A stretch of DNA of 64,000 nt from NCBI GenBank assembly GCA_051749325.1, contig JBNJIL010000013.1, positions 1,294 to 65,293 on the forward strand, read 5' to 3'. Made by a program: the position numbers and the translations under genes. The notes below the pieces were generated by a model. The model was not told where the DNA came from and searched no databases. It saw only the letters and a list, made by a program, of their open reading frames with translations. The DNA is from Pseudomonadota bacterium. GTDB lineage: Bacteria > Pseudomonadota > Gammaproteobacteria > Pseudomonadales > Halomonadaceae. Below, in pieces: positions 40,040 through 49,813 of this stretch. Within the stretch, counting starts at the first letter, position 1, and each line of letters starts with the position of its first letter.

Positions 40040-41299
40040 TCAACTTCCTCGTGCCGTTGGCAACGCCCTCGCCTCGTCATCCAGCCGTTGCGCGGTGCGG
40101 TCCACCAGGCGCAGCCAGACCAGCAGCACCGCGCCCAGGGCGACGAAGCCGCCGGCCAGCCACAGCCCGGTGTCGTAGTGACCGCTCACTTCGGCAAGCA
40201 TGCCGGTAAGCGCCGGAGCGATGATCTGCGCCGCGCCATAGGAAAGCGTCATGCGGCCCATGAGCCGTGCCGGGCTCTGCGGGTAGAGGCGGCCGGCCAT
40301 GGTCAGTACCAGGCTTACGCAGCCCAGGAAGGTACCGCCGTAGAGCACGGCGCTCGCCAGCACGCCGGCCAGGCTGTCGGTCAGCGCCGGCAGCACGATG
40401 CCCACCACCTGCAGGGCCATGGCGCTGATCAGCGCGCCCAGGTAGCCGATGCGCCGGGCGACCAGGTCCCACACCATCACGGCGGGAGCGGCGGCCAGCC
40501 CCACCAGGGCGAAGGTCCAGTTGCCGGCGCCGGAAAGCAGCGGCTCGCGCTCGACGATGGCGACGAGGAAGGTGGCGCTGATCACGTAGCCGTAGCCGGC
40601 GCAGAAGTAGGCGGCGAGCATCAGCCGCATGAAGGTGCGCGTCGGCGGGGAAGCCTGCTGATGTCGGCTGCCACCGCTACCTTCCACCGGTTTCGCGGGT
40701 CGCGGCAGCCAGCGCCAGGCGGGCACCAGCAGCGCCATGGCCAGAAGGGTGAAGCCCCACCACTGGGCCTGCCACTCGAAAGCGAGCTGGCGCATCAGCT
40801 CCACCGCCAGAGCGGCCACCAGGATGCCCAGCCCCAGGCCGGCGAAGTGAATGCCCAGTTCGCCGCGCTGCCGGTGCTGAATCAGCCAGTGCAGGATCAG
40901 CCCCGAGGCGAGCAGCATCGCGCCGCTGCTGGAAAACCCGGCCACGAAGCGCATGCTGGCCCACAGCCAGAAGCTCTCGGCCAGCGCCATGCCGGCCGTG
41001 GAGAGCACTGCCAGCAGCAGGGTGAGGCGATAGAGGGTGTCCTTGAGCCGGATGCTGTGAATCGAGGCGGCCACCAGCGCGCCCAGCATGTAGCCGGCGT
41101 AGTTGAGGGCGGCCAGCCAGCCACCCTGGGCGTCACTCAGCCAGGTCTGCTGCTGCATCACCGGCAACAGCGGCGTGTAGGCAAAACGCGCTACGCCGAT
41201 ACACAGGATCTGACTGAACACCCCGGCCAGCAGCACGCGGTAGCGCGGGGAGAGAAAAGCGGATCTGGCCATGCCTGGCGCTCCCTGGGTCCCTGTCAT
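40040..41299 (-). CDS. MFS transporter (YbfB/YjiJ-like)
   Basis: 419 aa with 12 hydrophobic segments and an N-terminal FAYTPLLPVMQ motif. Confidence 0.75.
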   Translation of the reverse strand: MTGTQGAPGMARSAFLSPRYRVLLAGVFSQILCIGVARFAYTPLLPVMQQQTWLSDAQGGWLAALNYAGYMLGALVAASIHSIRLKDTLYRLTLLLAVLSTAGMALAESFWLWASMRFVAGFSSSGAMLLASGLILHWLIQHRQRGELGIHFAGLGLGILVAALAVELMRQLAFEWQAQWWGFTLLAMALLVPAWRWLPRPAKPVEGSGGSRHQQASPPTRTFMRLMLAAYFCAGYGYVISATFLVAIVEREPLLSGAGNWTFALVGLAAAPAVMVWDLVARRIGYLGALISAMALQVVGIVLPALTDSLAGVLASAVLYGGTFLGCVSLVLTMAGRLYPQSPARLMGRMTLSYGAAQIIAPALTGMLAEVSGHYDTGLWLAGGFVALGAVLLVWLRLVDRTAQRLDDEARALPTARGS

Positions 41300-41428
41300 G
41301 TTTACGGTCGGCTATCATAGCGCACGCACGCGCCCCTTTGGTCGCACGCGCCCGTGCCGGTCGCGTGCGACCAAAGGGGCGGTGCGCCGCTGCCGCTGAT
41401 TGCCCACGCATGCCGAAAAGGAGCCTTT

Positions 41429-42451
41429 GTGTCCGCCTTGACCTCTTGCCTTCACGCCGTTGCCTCGCCATCCATCGGCCTGGGCTGCATGAACCTCTCC
41501 CACGGCTATGGCAGCCCGCTGCCCGAAGCGGAGGCGCTGCATGCCCTGCAGGCCGCCTTCGAGATGGGCTATCGCCACTTCGATACCGCCACCCTCTACG
41601 GGGCCACGGCCAACGAACGGCTGGTGGGCAAGGCCCTGGCGGGCAGGCGCCACGAGATCCTGCTGGCCAGCAAGTGCGGCATGGCCATGGACCCGGCACT
41701 CGGCCGCAAGGTGATCGACGGGCGCCCCGAGACACTGCGTCGCCAGTGCGAGGCGAGCCTCGCGCGGCTGGACACCGATCACCTGGACCTCTACTACCTG
41801 CATCGCTGGGACAAGGACGTCCCCGTCGAGGAGAGCGTGGGGGCGCTGGGCCGGCTGGTGGAGGAAGGCAAGATAGGCGCCATCGGGCTCTCCGAGGTCT
41901 CCGCGGCGACCCTGCGCCGGGCCCGCCAGGAGCAGCCCATCGCCGCGGTGCAGTCCGAGTACTCGCTGTGGACCCGCAACCCCGAGATCGGCCTGATCGA
42001 GGCCTGCCGCGAAGCCGACACGGCGCTGGTGGCCTTCAGCCCCCTGGGGCGCGGCTTCCTGGCCGGCGCCGTCAACGACCCCGCGCGCCTCGAGGAGAGC
42101 GACATGCGCCGTGGCATGCCGCGCTTCAGCACCGAGAACCATGCCCACAACCTGCGCCTGCTCGAGGCCTTCACGGCATTGGCGGACGAGCTGGGCGTGA
42201 CCCGAGGCCAGCTGGCCCTGGCCTGGCTGCGCGCCAGGGGCGACGACATCCTCCCGATTCCCGGCTCGCGATCCCTCGATCACATGCGCGAGAACCTGGC
42301 GGCGGCGTCCCTCTCGCTGTCTCCGGAAACAATGACGCAGCTGAACGCCATGATGACGCCGGACCAGGTGGCAGGCGCGCGCTACGGCCAGGCCCAGCAG
42401 GCGGAAGTCGATACCGAGGAGTTCGCCGAGCCGCCAGCCAGCCCCGCCTAG
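41429..42451 (+). CDS. aldo/keto reductase
   Basis: ORF track 41354..42451. GTG 41429 has AAAGGAG upstream. AKR motifs GLGCMNLSHGYG, FDTATLYG, DLYYLHRWD, IPGSRS. Confidence 0.85.
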   Translation: MSALTSCLHAVASPSIGLGCMNLSHGYGSPLPEAEALHALQAAFEMGYRHFDTATLYGATANERLVGKALAGRRHEILLASKCGMAMDPALGRKVIDGRPETLRRQCEASLARLDTDHLDLYYLHRWDKDVPVEESVGALGRLVEEGKIGAIGLSEVSAATLRRARQEQPIAAVQSEYSLWTRNPEIGLIEACREADTALVAFSPLGRGFLAGAVNDPARLEESDMRRGMPRFSTENHAHNLRLLEAFTALADELGVTRGQLALAWLRARGDDILPIPGSRSLDHMRENLAAASLSLSPETMTQLNAMMTPDQVAGARYGQAQQAEVDTEEFAEPPASPA

Positions 42452-42693
42452 GCGCGAGGCCGCCAGCAGGCCACGAGTGCAGCCCCCGGAAGGCATATTC
42501 GGCCCCCGATGAATGAGGCGGGATGCTGCCATATTGCTTGAAAAAAAGTGCAACCTGCCTGTTAGACAACCATCACACACGGGACATATCGATGTAATTA
42601 CCGGCTGACAGCATACCCCCGGAATCCAAGAGATTCCTGCTGCCCATGACCTTGGCGGCAGTCAGTCTTTCGCTACAGCATTCTGGGGAACTC

Positions 42694-43704
42694 ATGAAAA
42701 GCGTCATTTCCAAGCTGGCAATTGTGACAGCCATTTCAGTGGCGTCCACGGCCCAAGCCGAAGAGTTTGAGGTAAGCGACAAAACCACGCTGTCGTTATT
42801 CGGCGCCATCGAGTTGAAATACAACATTGCCGATGAGATCAGTGACACTGACGGGTCCACTGAGAGCACATCGGGCTACGAGGATAACGGTTCCAGCATC
42901 GGCTTCGGTGCCGTGCATGCCTTTAACAACGGCATGGAGGGCTATATCGAGATCGAGTTCGAACATGACGCCAACGAGTCCGGTGCCGAAGTGCTGACCG
43001 ACAAGGCCTTCGCCGGTCTCATCGGCACTTTCGGTGAGGTTCGTGCCGGGCGTTTCGACAGCATCTACACCAATGCCTTCTACGACCTTATCGACCCCTT
43101 CGAAACCGCCAGCCTCGGTGAAGAAGGCGTGCTGGAAGAAGACAACCTGATTGCCTATTACAGCCCGGACTTCAACGGCTTCACCTTCGAGCTACAGGCG
43201 CGTGTGCGCGGTGATCGCGAGACTGACTCGGGAAGCGACGAGACCGGCGTGGCCGGGGTGGCCAAGTACACCGCCGATCGCTGGGCAGTGCATGCCGGTA
43301 TCGATGACCGCGGTGCCGAGGAGGTGCAGGACCCGGTAACTGGCGAGTGGACGACCGAGGATCCGGTCTACGGCCTCGGTGGGGTGGTTAACCTGACCGA
43401 CCGGATGGATCTCGGTGCTCGGGTTAGCGTCCAGGAGAACCTCGAGGGCTCCGCCGATGGTGACGACACCACCTTCTACGGCACTGCGCTGACCTACGAC
43501 TACGGTCCCGGCAGCGCCTATGGCGCCGTCCAGCGGGTTGAGCCCGACGAGGGTGATAGCCGTACCGAGTTCGCCGCTGGCATCAACTACGGCGTGGTCG
43601 AAAACCTCACGGTTTATTCCGAATACGGCAGCTACGACCCGGCAGACGACGCCGTGGGCGACATCGATACCCAGTTCGAAGTCGGTGCCATCTACGAGTT
43701 CTGA
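42694..43704 (+). CDS. outer-membrane porin (general Gram-negative porin family)
   Basis: Signal peptide MKSVISKLAIVTAISVASTAQA, alternating beta-strand pattern, very acidic loops, C-terminal ...GAIYEF with terminal Phe. Confidence 0.75.
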   Translation: MKSVISKLAIVTAISVASTAQAEEFEVSDKTTLSLFGAIELKYNIADEISDTDGSTESTSGYEDNGSSIGFGAVHAFNNGMEGYIEIEFEHDANESGAEVLTDKAFAGLIGTFGEVRAGRFDSIYTNAFYDLIDPFETASLGEEGVLEEDNLIAYYSPDFNGFTFELQARVRGDRETDSGSDETGVAGVAKYTADRWAVHAGIDDRGAEEVQDPVTGEWTTEDPVYGLGGVVNLTDRMDLGARVSVQENLEGSADGDDTTFYGTALTYDYGPGSAYGAVQRVEPDEGDSRTEFAAGINYGVVENLTVYSEYGSYDPADDAVGDIDTQFEVGAIYEF

Positions 43705-43733
43705 GCAGCCTCACTACCTGAAGGAGAAGTGAC

Positions 43734-44612
43734 ATGCGCAAGACACTGATCGCCCTTGCGGTGGCCGGCACCACCGCGCTGAGCGCCACCTCGGTGATGG
43801 CCAGCGACAACCTGAGCGACGTTTGCCCCAACCCCATTCGCATGGCCGATACCGGGATCGAAGGCATGGGGCCGCTCGAGGAAGCGTTCGGTCCTTTCGC
43901 CGAGACATTCGAGGAGACCACCGGTCTGGAACTCGAAATGTTCAGCCTGAGCAACCGTACGGCAGCGGGCAACGCCCTCCAGTATGACGATGTCGACCTG
44001 GTCTTTGCCGGGCCATCCGAATTCGTGCTCTTCCAGCGCGAAAGCGACATCGAGATCCTGTTCGCCATTGAGCGTCCCCACTATGGCAGCAGCTTCTTCG
44101 TGCCGGCCGACAGTGACATCGAGTCCCTCGAGGACCTCGAGGGTCACAAGATCGCGCTCAAGGACACCGGATCCACCAGCGGCCACATCATTCCCAGCCA
44201 GATGCTGGTCGAGGCCGGCCTCGACCTGGATCGCGACCTGGAGGTCGTGATGGCTGGAGACGCGCGCATCGCGGCCCTGGTCAACGGCGATGTGGACGCC
44301 ATGGGAGGCGGCAACCGGGACATCGAGGAGATCGAGGCGTCGGACCCGGATGGCGAGTATCGCGTCATCGCCAAGAGTGATGTGCTGCCTGGTGACCCCA
44401 TCGTCATGCGTGGCTCGCTGGATTCGCAGTGCAAGACGGCCCTGCGGGACACCCTCGAGGCCAATGCCGATGAACTCTGGGAAGCGCTGATTGCGACAGA
44501 GCGCAACGAGGACAAGTTTCTCAACCGGGACTCCTCGATGGGGTTTGATCGCACCGCCGAGGACTACGACGTGATTCGTCGTGCCTACGAGGCCGCCGGA
44601 ATCGAGCTGTAA
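43734..44612 (+). CDS. phnD: phosphonate/phosphite-type ABC transporter substrate-binding protein (PhnD family)
   Basis: Signal peptide, PhnD-like core (VDLVFAGPSEFV...IALKDTGSTSGHIIP). Followed by PhnC- and PhnE-like genes. Confidence 0.75.
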   Translation: MRKTLIALAVAGTTALSATSVMASDNLSDVCPNPIRMADTGIEGMGPLEEAFGPFAETFEETTGLELEMFSLSNRTAAGNALQYDDVDLVFAGPSEFVLFQRESDIEILFAIERPHYGSSFFVPADSDIESLEDLEGHKIALKDTGSTSGHIIPSQMLVEAGLDLDRDLEVVMAGDARIAALVNGDVDAMGGGNRDIEEIEASDPDGEYRVIAKSDVLPGDPIVMRGSLDSQCKTALRDTLEANADELWEALIATERNEDKFLNRDSSMGFDRTAEDYDVIRRAYEAAGIEL

Positions 44613-44731
44613 GCTCTCCTTTCATTGCGACGTTTCTTTTGGGCACAAGGACGTGCCGTTTTCCGAGTTGAGGTACCTTCCATGACGTCTTCGGCCCATG
44701 GCCTCCCGACGTACCGGCGGGAGGCATTGTC

Positions 44732-45541
44732 TTGAGTGCTATCGCGACCCGCGGCCTTCACAAGCGCTACGGCGAGTTGCATGTGCTCCGTGGCATCGAC
44801 ATCGAGATCGCCAACGGGGAGTGCGTGATCCTGCTGGGTGCCAACGGCTGCGGCAAGTCAACCTTGATCCGCTGTCTGAACGGCCTGGCCTCTCCCGATG
44901 ATGGCGAGGTGACCATCCTCGACCAGCCGCTATCCGGGCTCGGGCAATCGGCGCTGCGACGGTTGCGCCGACGCGTGGGCGTGGTCTTCCAGCAGTTCAA
45001 TCTCATTCAGAATGTCAGCGTTTTCCAGAACGTGCTGTATGGCGCCCTGGGGCGTCAGCGATTCGGTCTCTGGCAAACCCTCTCCGGGTTGGCCTCGGAA
45101 TCGCTCAGGGAGCAGGCCATGGCGTGTCTGACCCGAGTCGGCCTGGCCGACAAGGCGGGCTTTCAATGTCGCCAGCTCTCAGGGGGCCAGCAGCAGAGGG
45201 TGGCCATCGCCCGCACCCTGATGCAGGACGCCGAGATCCTCATCGCCGACGAGCCGGTGGCCAGCCTCGATCCGCGCGCCGGCAGGGAAATCATGGACCT
45301 TCTGATCGATGTGGTGAATGAACGTGGCCTGACAGTGCTGTGTTCGCTCCATCAGCTCGAGCTTGCCCAACAATACGGTGACCGGATTCTCGGCATGAAG
45401 GCAGGCAGGGTGGAGCTCGATACGCCTCGTGACGGGGTGGATGCGGCCGCGATGCAGGGGCTCTACCACGGTGCCGTGCGCGTCGACAGTCACCCTCCCG
45501 CCGCGACCGAAAGGCCCCTCTCCCCCTCCCCATCCGCTTAG
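44732..45541 (+). CDS. phnC: phosphonate-type ABC transporter ATP-binding protein (PhnC family)
   Basis: TTG start with GGGAGG upstream. Walker [25 protein letters not shown], PhnC-like [11 protein letters not shown]. Confidence 0.8.
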   Translation: MSAIATRGLHKRYGELHVLRGIDIEIANGECVILLGANGCGKSTLIRCLNGLASPDDGEVTILDQPLSGLGQSALRRLRRRVGVVFQQFNLIQNVSVFQNVLYGALGRQRFGLWQTLSGLASESLREQAMACLTRVGLADKAGFQCRQLSGGQQQRVAIARTLMQDAEILIADEPVASLDPRAGREIMDLLIDVVNERGLTVLCSLHQLELAQQYGDRILGMKAGRVELDTPRDGVDAAAMQGLYHGAVRVDSHPPAATERPLSPSPSA

Positions 45542-45549
45542 AGGTAACC

Positions 45550-46350
45550 ATGTCCCGACGTGCTGAGTCCGGCGCCTTGCCGCCACGTTTTCGCACTCCA
45601 TCGCCCTTCGCCTGGGGTATCGCGTTACTCTTCCTTGTCCTGTTCATCCAGGGCATGATGGCCACCGAGATCACCCCCGAGCGCCTGCTCAAGGGCGCGG
45701 TAAACCTCGTGCACTTCCTGGGCAGAGCCTTCCCCCCTGACGGCAACGATCTGGGCGTTATCGCCGGGGCAATGCTCGAGACCCTGAACATCGCCATCGT
45801 GGGTGTCGTCATCGGTGTGGTACTGAGCCTGCCCCTCGCCCTGTTGGCGGCTCGCAACACCGCTCCCGCTGCCTGGGTACGCGTCTTTACGCGGCTGATC
45901 ATTACCACCATGCGCACCATCCCCGACTTGATATGGGCGCTGATCTTCGTGGTGGCTGTGGGCCTGGGCCCCATGGCGGGTGTCCTGGCCATCGTGATGG
46001 ATACCATCGGTTTCGCCGCCCGCTTCTTCTCGGAGCGAATCGAGGAAGTTCACCCTGGCCCCTCCGAGGCATTGAGTGCCACCGGCGCCGGCCGTCTTTC
46101 CGTGATAGGGGCTGCCATCTTGCCGGAAACCCTGGCATCGATGACCGCGACCAGCCTTTACAGCGTGGAGAAATCGCTGCGTTCTGCCGTAACGCTGGGC
46201 CTGGTGGGTGCGGGGGGTATCGGGGTCGAACTGGCCGCGGCCATGCGCTTGTTCAACTACAACGAGGCGTTGAGCATCATACTGGTGATTCTGGTCGTGG
46301 TTGTGGGCTTTGAGCAGCTTTCTTCGACGATCCGGCGGCGCGTGATTTAA
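45550..46350 (+). CDS. phnE: phosphonate-type ABC transporter permease (PhnE family)
   Basis: 266 aa membrane protein. Motifs TLNIAIVGVV and ALSATGAG...LPE fit PhnE. Confidence 0.8.
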   Translation: MSRRAESGALPPRFRTPSPFAWGIALLFLVLFIQGMMATEITPERLLKGAVNLVHFLGRAFPPDGNDLGVIAGAMLETLNIAIVGVVIGVVLSLPLALLAARNTAPAAWVRVFTRLIITTMRTIPDLIWALIFVVAVGLGPMAGVLAIVMDTIGFAARFFSERIEEVHPGPSEALSATGAGRLSVIGAAILPETLASMTATSLYSVEKSLRSAVTLGLVGAGGIGVELAAAMRLFNYNEALSIILVILVVVVGFEQLSSTIRRRVI

Positions 46351-46557
46351 CGCGCCACAGCGTTCTTCCGTGCTGATGTGACTGTGGCTCTGCCAGAAAA
46401 TGGTGTCCCATCCACCACAAGGGGCTCACGACAGCCGTGGGGAGCCCCTCGGCCACTCGGTCCGCGCATGCGCGGGGCACTCCCCTGCGCAGACACCGCT
46501 CCCTCGCCTTGGTATTCTCGGCGGCTATATCGATAATCCGTATGAAAGGGAGCCGCC

Positions 46558-47154
46558 ATGTGGGACGAACGCTACGCCACCGATGACTACGTCTACGGCA
46601 CCGAGCCCAACGACTTCCTGCGCGAGCAGGCGGGGCTGATCGGTGCACCGCCGCGCGAGGTGCTGTGCCTGGCCGATGGCGAGGGGCGCAACGGCGTCTA
46701 CCTGGCCGGGCTCGGCCACCGGGTCCTCTCCGTGGACGCCTCGGCCGTGGGCCTGCGCAAGGCGGCCAAGCTGGCCGAGCAGAAGGGCGTCGCGCTCGAG
46801 ACCCGGGTTGCCGACCTCACCGAGCATGCCTTCGCTGCCGAGGCCTTCGATGCGGTGGTCTCGATCTTCTGTCATGTGCCCGAGGCGGGGCGCCCGCACC
46901 TGCATCGCCAGGTGGCGCGTGCCCTCAGACCCGGCGGCATCCTCATCCTCGAGGCCTATACCCCGGACCAGGCGCCGCGGGACACCGGCGGGCCGCCCAC
47001 GTCGGACCGCACCCCCACGGCCGTGGAGCTGGAGGCGGCCTTCGCCGACTTCGAGATCCTCGCCAGCCGCGAGCTGGAGCGCCAGGTGATCGAGGGCCGC
47101 GGCCATACCGGCCTGGGTGCCGTGGTCCAGTTCATCGCCCGCAAGCGCCGCTGA
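46558..47154 (+). CDS. class I SAM-dependent methyltransferase
   Basis: 198 aa. Motif I-like VLCLADGEGRNGVYLAGLG. Overall small-molecule methyltransferase layout. Confidence 0.7.
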   Translation: MWDERYATDDYVYGTEPNDFLREQAGLIGAPPREVLCLADGEGRNGVYLAGLGHRVLSVDASAVGLRKAAKLAEQKGVALETRVADLTEHAFAAEAFDAVVSIFCHVPEAGRPHLHRQVARALRPGGILILEAYTPDQAPRDTGGPPTSDRTPTAVELEAAFADFEILASRELERQVIEGRGHTGLGAVVQFIARKRR

Positions 47155-47184
47155 CGGCGGCCGGGAGATGCCTGAAGGGGGGCG

Positions 47185-48084
47185 TCACTGCTTTGCCGCC
47201 GGCAGCAGGGCGTCGCTCGACTGGCTCAACAGGCACTCGAGCAGCGCCGATGCGAAGCGCCGGCGAATGGTGATGGCGTAGAACTCCTCGAAGACCCCCG
47301 GCAGGCTGCCGAAATCCGTCAGCGTACCGGCGTGCAGCTCGTCGCGTACCACCACCCGGGGCATTACGGCCAGATGGGATGTATCGCGCGCCAGCAGGCG
47401 CATCATCGCCATGTCATCCACCTCGGCAACGATCGTGGGCGTCAGGCGGTGGTACTCGCAGAGCTGTTCGAACGCCTGGCGCACGGTGCTGTCGGGGCCA
47501 GGCACGATCAGGCTGCGGCCACGCAGCCCGTCGGGAAACGCCGGCGGCGGCGCGAGGCTCGACGCGCCGATGATGCTGACGGGCTGGCGCGCCAGTCGCT
47601 GCGAGCGCCAGGGGTGCTGGTCGTCACCGTGCACGGCCTGGTTGGCCAGCACGACATCCAGCCGGTGGGCGGAGAGGCGGCGCAGCAGGTCGTCCAGGCC
47701 GCCGCTCTGCAGGCTGAGATTCATGTCCTCGCGGCCGAGCAGCGGGCGCAGGAACTCCTCCTGGAAGTTGCGGGAGAGCGTGGCCACGGCGCCCACCCGG
47801 ACGATCTCGCGGTGCGCCGGGCCACCCTCGGTGAACAGCGCGGTCAGCTCCTCCCCGTGGCGAAAGATGGTGTCGGCATAATCGAAGGCGAGCTGGCCCG
47901 CCTCGGAGAGGCGCAGCGTGCGCCCTTCGCGAATGAAGAGCTTCTGCCCCAGGCGCTCCTCGAGTTGCCGGATCTGGTGGGAAAGCGCCGACGGCGAGAT
48001 GTGCAACGCGTCGGCCGTCTGTGTCAGATGCCCCGACCGGGCGACCTGCCAGAAGTGATAGAGATGGTGATAGTTGAGCTTCAT
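47185..48084 (-). CDS. LysR-family transcriptional regulator (NhaR-like N-terminus)
   Basis: MKLNYHHLYHFWQVARSGHLTQTADALHISPSALSHQIRQLE wHTH domain. Divergent from the dabBA pair. Confidence 0.88.
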   Translation of the reverse strand: MKLNYHHLYHFWQVARSGHLTQTADALHISPSALSHQIRQLEERLGQKLFIREGRTLRLSEAGQLAFDYADTIFRHGEELTALFTEGGPAHREIVRVGAVATLSRNFQEEFLRPLLGREDMNLSLQSGGLDDLLRRLSAHRLDVVLANQAVHGDDQHPWRSQRLARQPVSIIGASSLAPPPAFPDGLRGRSLIVPGPDSTVRQAFEQLCEYHRLTPTIVAEVDDMAMMRLLARDTSHLAVMPRVVVRDELHAGTLTDFGSLPGVFEEFYAITIRRRFASALLECLLSQSSDALLPAAKQ

Positions 48085-48208
48085 GGTCGCTCCCCGGCGA
48101 GAGGGCTACTGTTCTTTTTAAACGAACGATAGCTTCTCGATAAAGCATTTTTTGCAACAGGCCCAGGACGTCATAGTAGCCCGGTGCGTTCTCCACAGGA
48201 GCCCTGGC

Positions 48209-49813
48209 ATGACGAACCTGCTCGACGCGGCGCTCCATGCGTCGCTGACACTCTGGCTGGCCCTGCCGGTCGCCCTGCTGATCCTCGCCGGCGTGTGTGC
48301 CCGCCTGACCACGCCCGAACGCCAGCAGCACTGCTGGCGTATCGGCCAGGGGCTGATGCTCGCCAGCCTTGTCGCCAGTGCGCTGATCGGTGGGCTGCTG
48401 ATGACCGATGCCGCCGGCGTGAGTACCGGGCTGCCTAACGCGGCCGCCCCCCTGGGCCTGTATCCAGATGGCCTGGCGGTCGCGATGGCGCTATTGATCA
48501 GCTTCCTCGGGGCCGTGCTGCTGCGCTTTGCCGATGGCTACCTGCAGGGGGATCGGGGACGCACCCGCTTCCTGCCCTGGTGCCTGGTGGTGCTGGCCAG
48601 CGTCCTGCTGCTGGTATCCACTCACCATCTGCTGGTCATGCTCACCGCCTGGGTCGGCGTCAGCCTGGCGCTGCACCAGCTGCTGACCCTCTACCCCGAG
48701 CGCCTCGAGGCGCGCCGTGCCGCCTGGCACAAGTTCATCGTCAGCCGCCTCGGCGACCTCGCCCTGCTGGCCACAGTGGGACTGCTCTACCTCCATTACG
48801 GCAGCTTCGAGCTGCCGGTGCTGCTGGCCGAGGCGGCGAGCACCACCGGCGAGGGCTGGGCCCTGCCGGCCGCCTCCATGACCCTGGCACTGGCCGCGCT
48901 GTGCAAGTGCGCGCAGCTGCCGCTGCATGGCTGGCTGGTGAAGGTGATGGAGGCGCCGACCCCGGTCTCGGCACTGCTGCATGCCGGCGTGATCAACCTC
49001 GGCGGCTATCTCTGGCTGCGTCTCTATCCGCTGTTCGACGGTGTCACGCCGGGGCACCTGATGCTGGTCGCCATTGGCGGCACCACTGCCATCGTGGCCG
49101 TGCTGACCATGCTGACCCAGGCCTCCGTCAAGCACGCCCTGGCCTGGTCCACCTGCGCCCAGATGGGCTTCATGCTGTTCGAGATCGGCCTGGGGGCCTA
49201 TACCCTGGCCCTGGTCCACCTGCTCGCCCACTCGCTCTACAAGGCCCACGCCTTCCTCGCCAGCGGACGCACGGTGCGTGCGGCCCACTGTTCGCGGCTG
49301 GCGCCAGCGCCGCTGCGGGAACGCCTGACGCTGGCCGGCGTGACCGCGATAGCGGCAGGGGCGATGCTTCTGACATGGCCCATGCTGGTCAGCCACAACC
49401 CGCTCCTCGGCGCGCTGCTGATGCTGTCCGTGGGCGGGGCCCTGCTGGGCATGCCGGCGGGGCTGGCCCTGCCTCGACGCCTCGCCCTGGCCGCCATGGC
49501 ACTGTCGCTGGTGCCGCTCCATGCGCTGCTGCATGCCCTGGTGTCGCCGCTACTGCCGCGGGCCGCCGACCCACTGACCCTGGCCACCGGCCTGCTCGGC
49601 GCGGCGGTGCTGGTCGTGCTGGCCAGCCTGGCCCTGCTGGTCATCCTGCAGCCGCGCCACCCCAGGGTGGCACGCTGGCGGACCCACTTCCGCCAGGGCC
49701 TCTATGTCCATCTACCGCTGGAGCGCGCCATCGTCCGCCTGACGCCCCGCCATCGCCCGCTCCCCACCCGGGCGCCCCACGCCACTGTCCCCCTTCAAGG
49801 AGATGGATCATGA
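48209..49813 (+). CDS. dabB: NuoL/MnhA-like proton-conducting membrane subunit, DabB-type
   Basis: About 534 aa polytopic protein with complex-I antiporter-like motifs (CAQLPLHGWL, PTPVSALLHAGV). The stop overlaps the DUF2309 start in ATGA at 49810-49813. Confidence 0.8.
   Translation: MTNLLDAALHASLTLWLALPVALLILAGVCARLTTPERQQHCWRIGQGLMLASLVASALIGGLLMTDAAGVSTGLPNAAAPLGLYPDGLAVAMALLISFLGAVLLRFADGYLQGDRGRTRFLPWCLVVLASVLLLVSTHHLLVMLTAWVGVSLALHQLLTLYPERLEARRAAWHKFIVSRLGDLALLATVGLLYLHYGSFELPVLLAEAASTTGEGWALPAASMTLALAALCKCAQLPLHGWLVKVMEAPTPVSALLHAGVINLGGYLWLRLYPLFDGVTPGHLMLVAIGGTTAIVAVLTMLTQASVKHALAWSTCAQMGFMLFEIGLGAYTLALVHLLAHSLYKAHAFLASGRTVRAAHCSRLAPAPLRERLTLAGVTAIAAGAMLLTWPMLVSHNPLLGALLMLSVGGALLGMPAGLALPRRLALAAMALSLVPLHALLHALVSPLLPRAADPLTLATGLLGAAVLVVLASLALLVILQPRHPRVARWRTHFRQGLYVHLPLERAIVRLTPRHRPLPTRAPHATVPLQGDGS

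Noticed and set aside
44642-44662. Weak hairpin GGCAC-AAGGAC-GTGCC followed by GTTTT between phnD and phnC, considered as an intra-operon attenuator.
   Set aside because: A 5-bp stem is too weak to support a call without transcript data.
48085-48208. LysR-type T-N11-A box in the divergent LysR/dabB promoter region (for example TAGCTTCTCGATA).
   Set aside because: The T-N11-A pattern is too degenerate. No clear dyad symmetry is visible, so I do not call a site.
48580-49809. 5' extension making DabA a 1191-aa protein (ORF track 48580..52155).
   Set aside because: The extension overlaps dabB in another frame and is Arg/Pro/Gly-rich. The DUF2309-type N-terminus (WPLDRWIAVNPWWG) starts right after ATG 49810, which overlaps the dabB stop.
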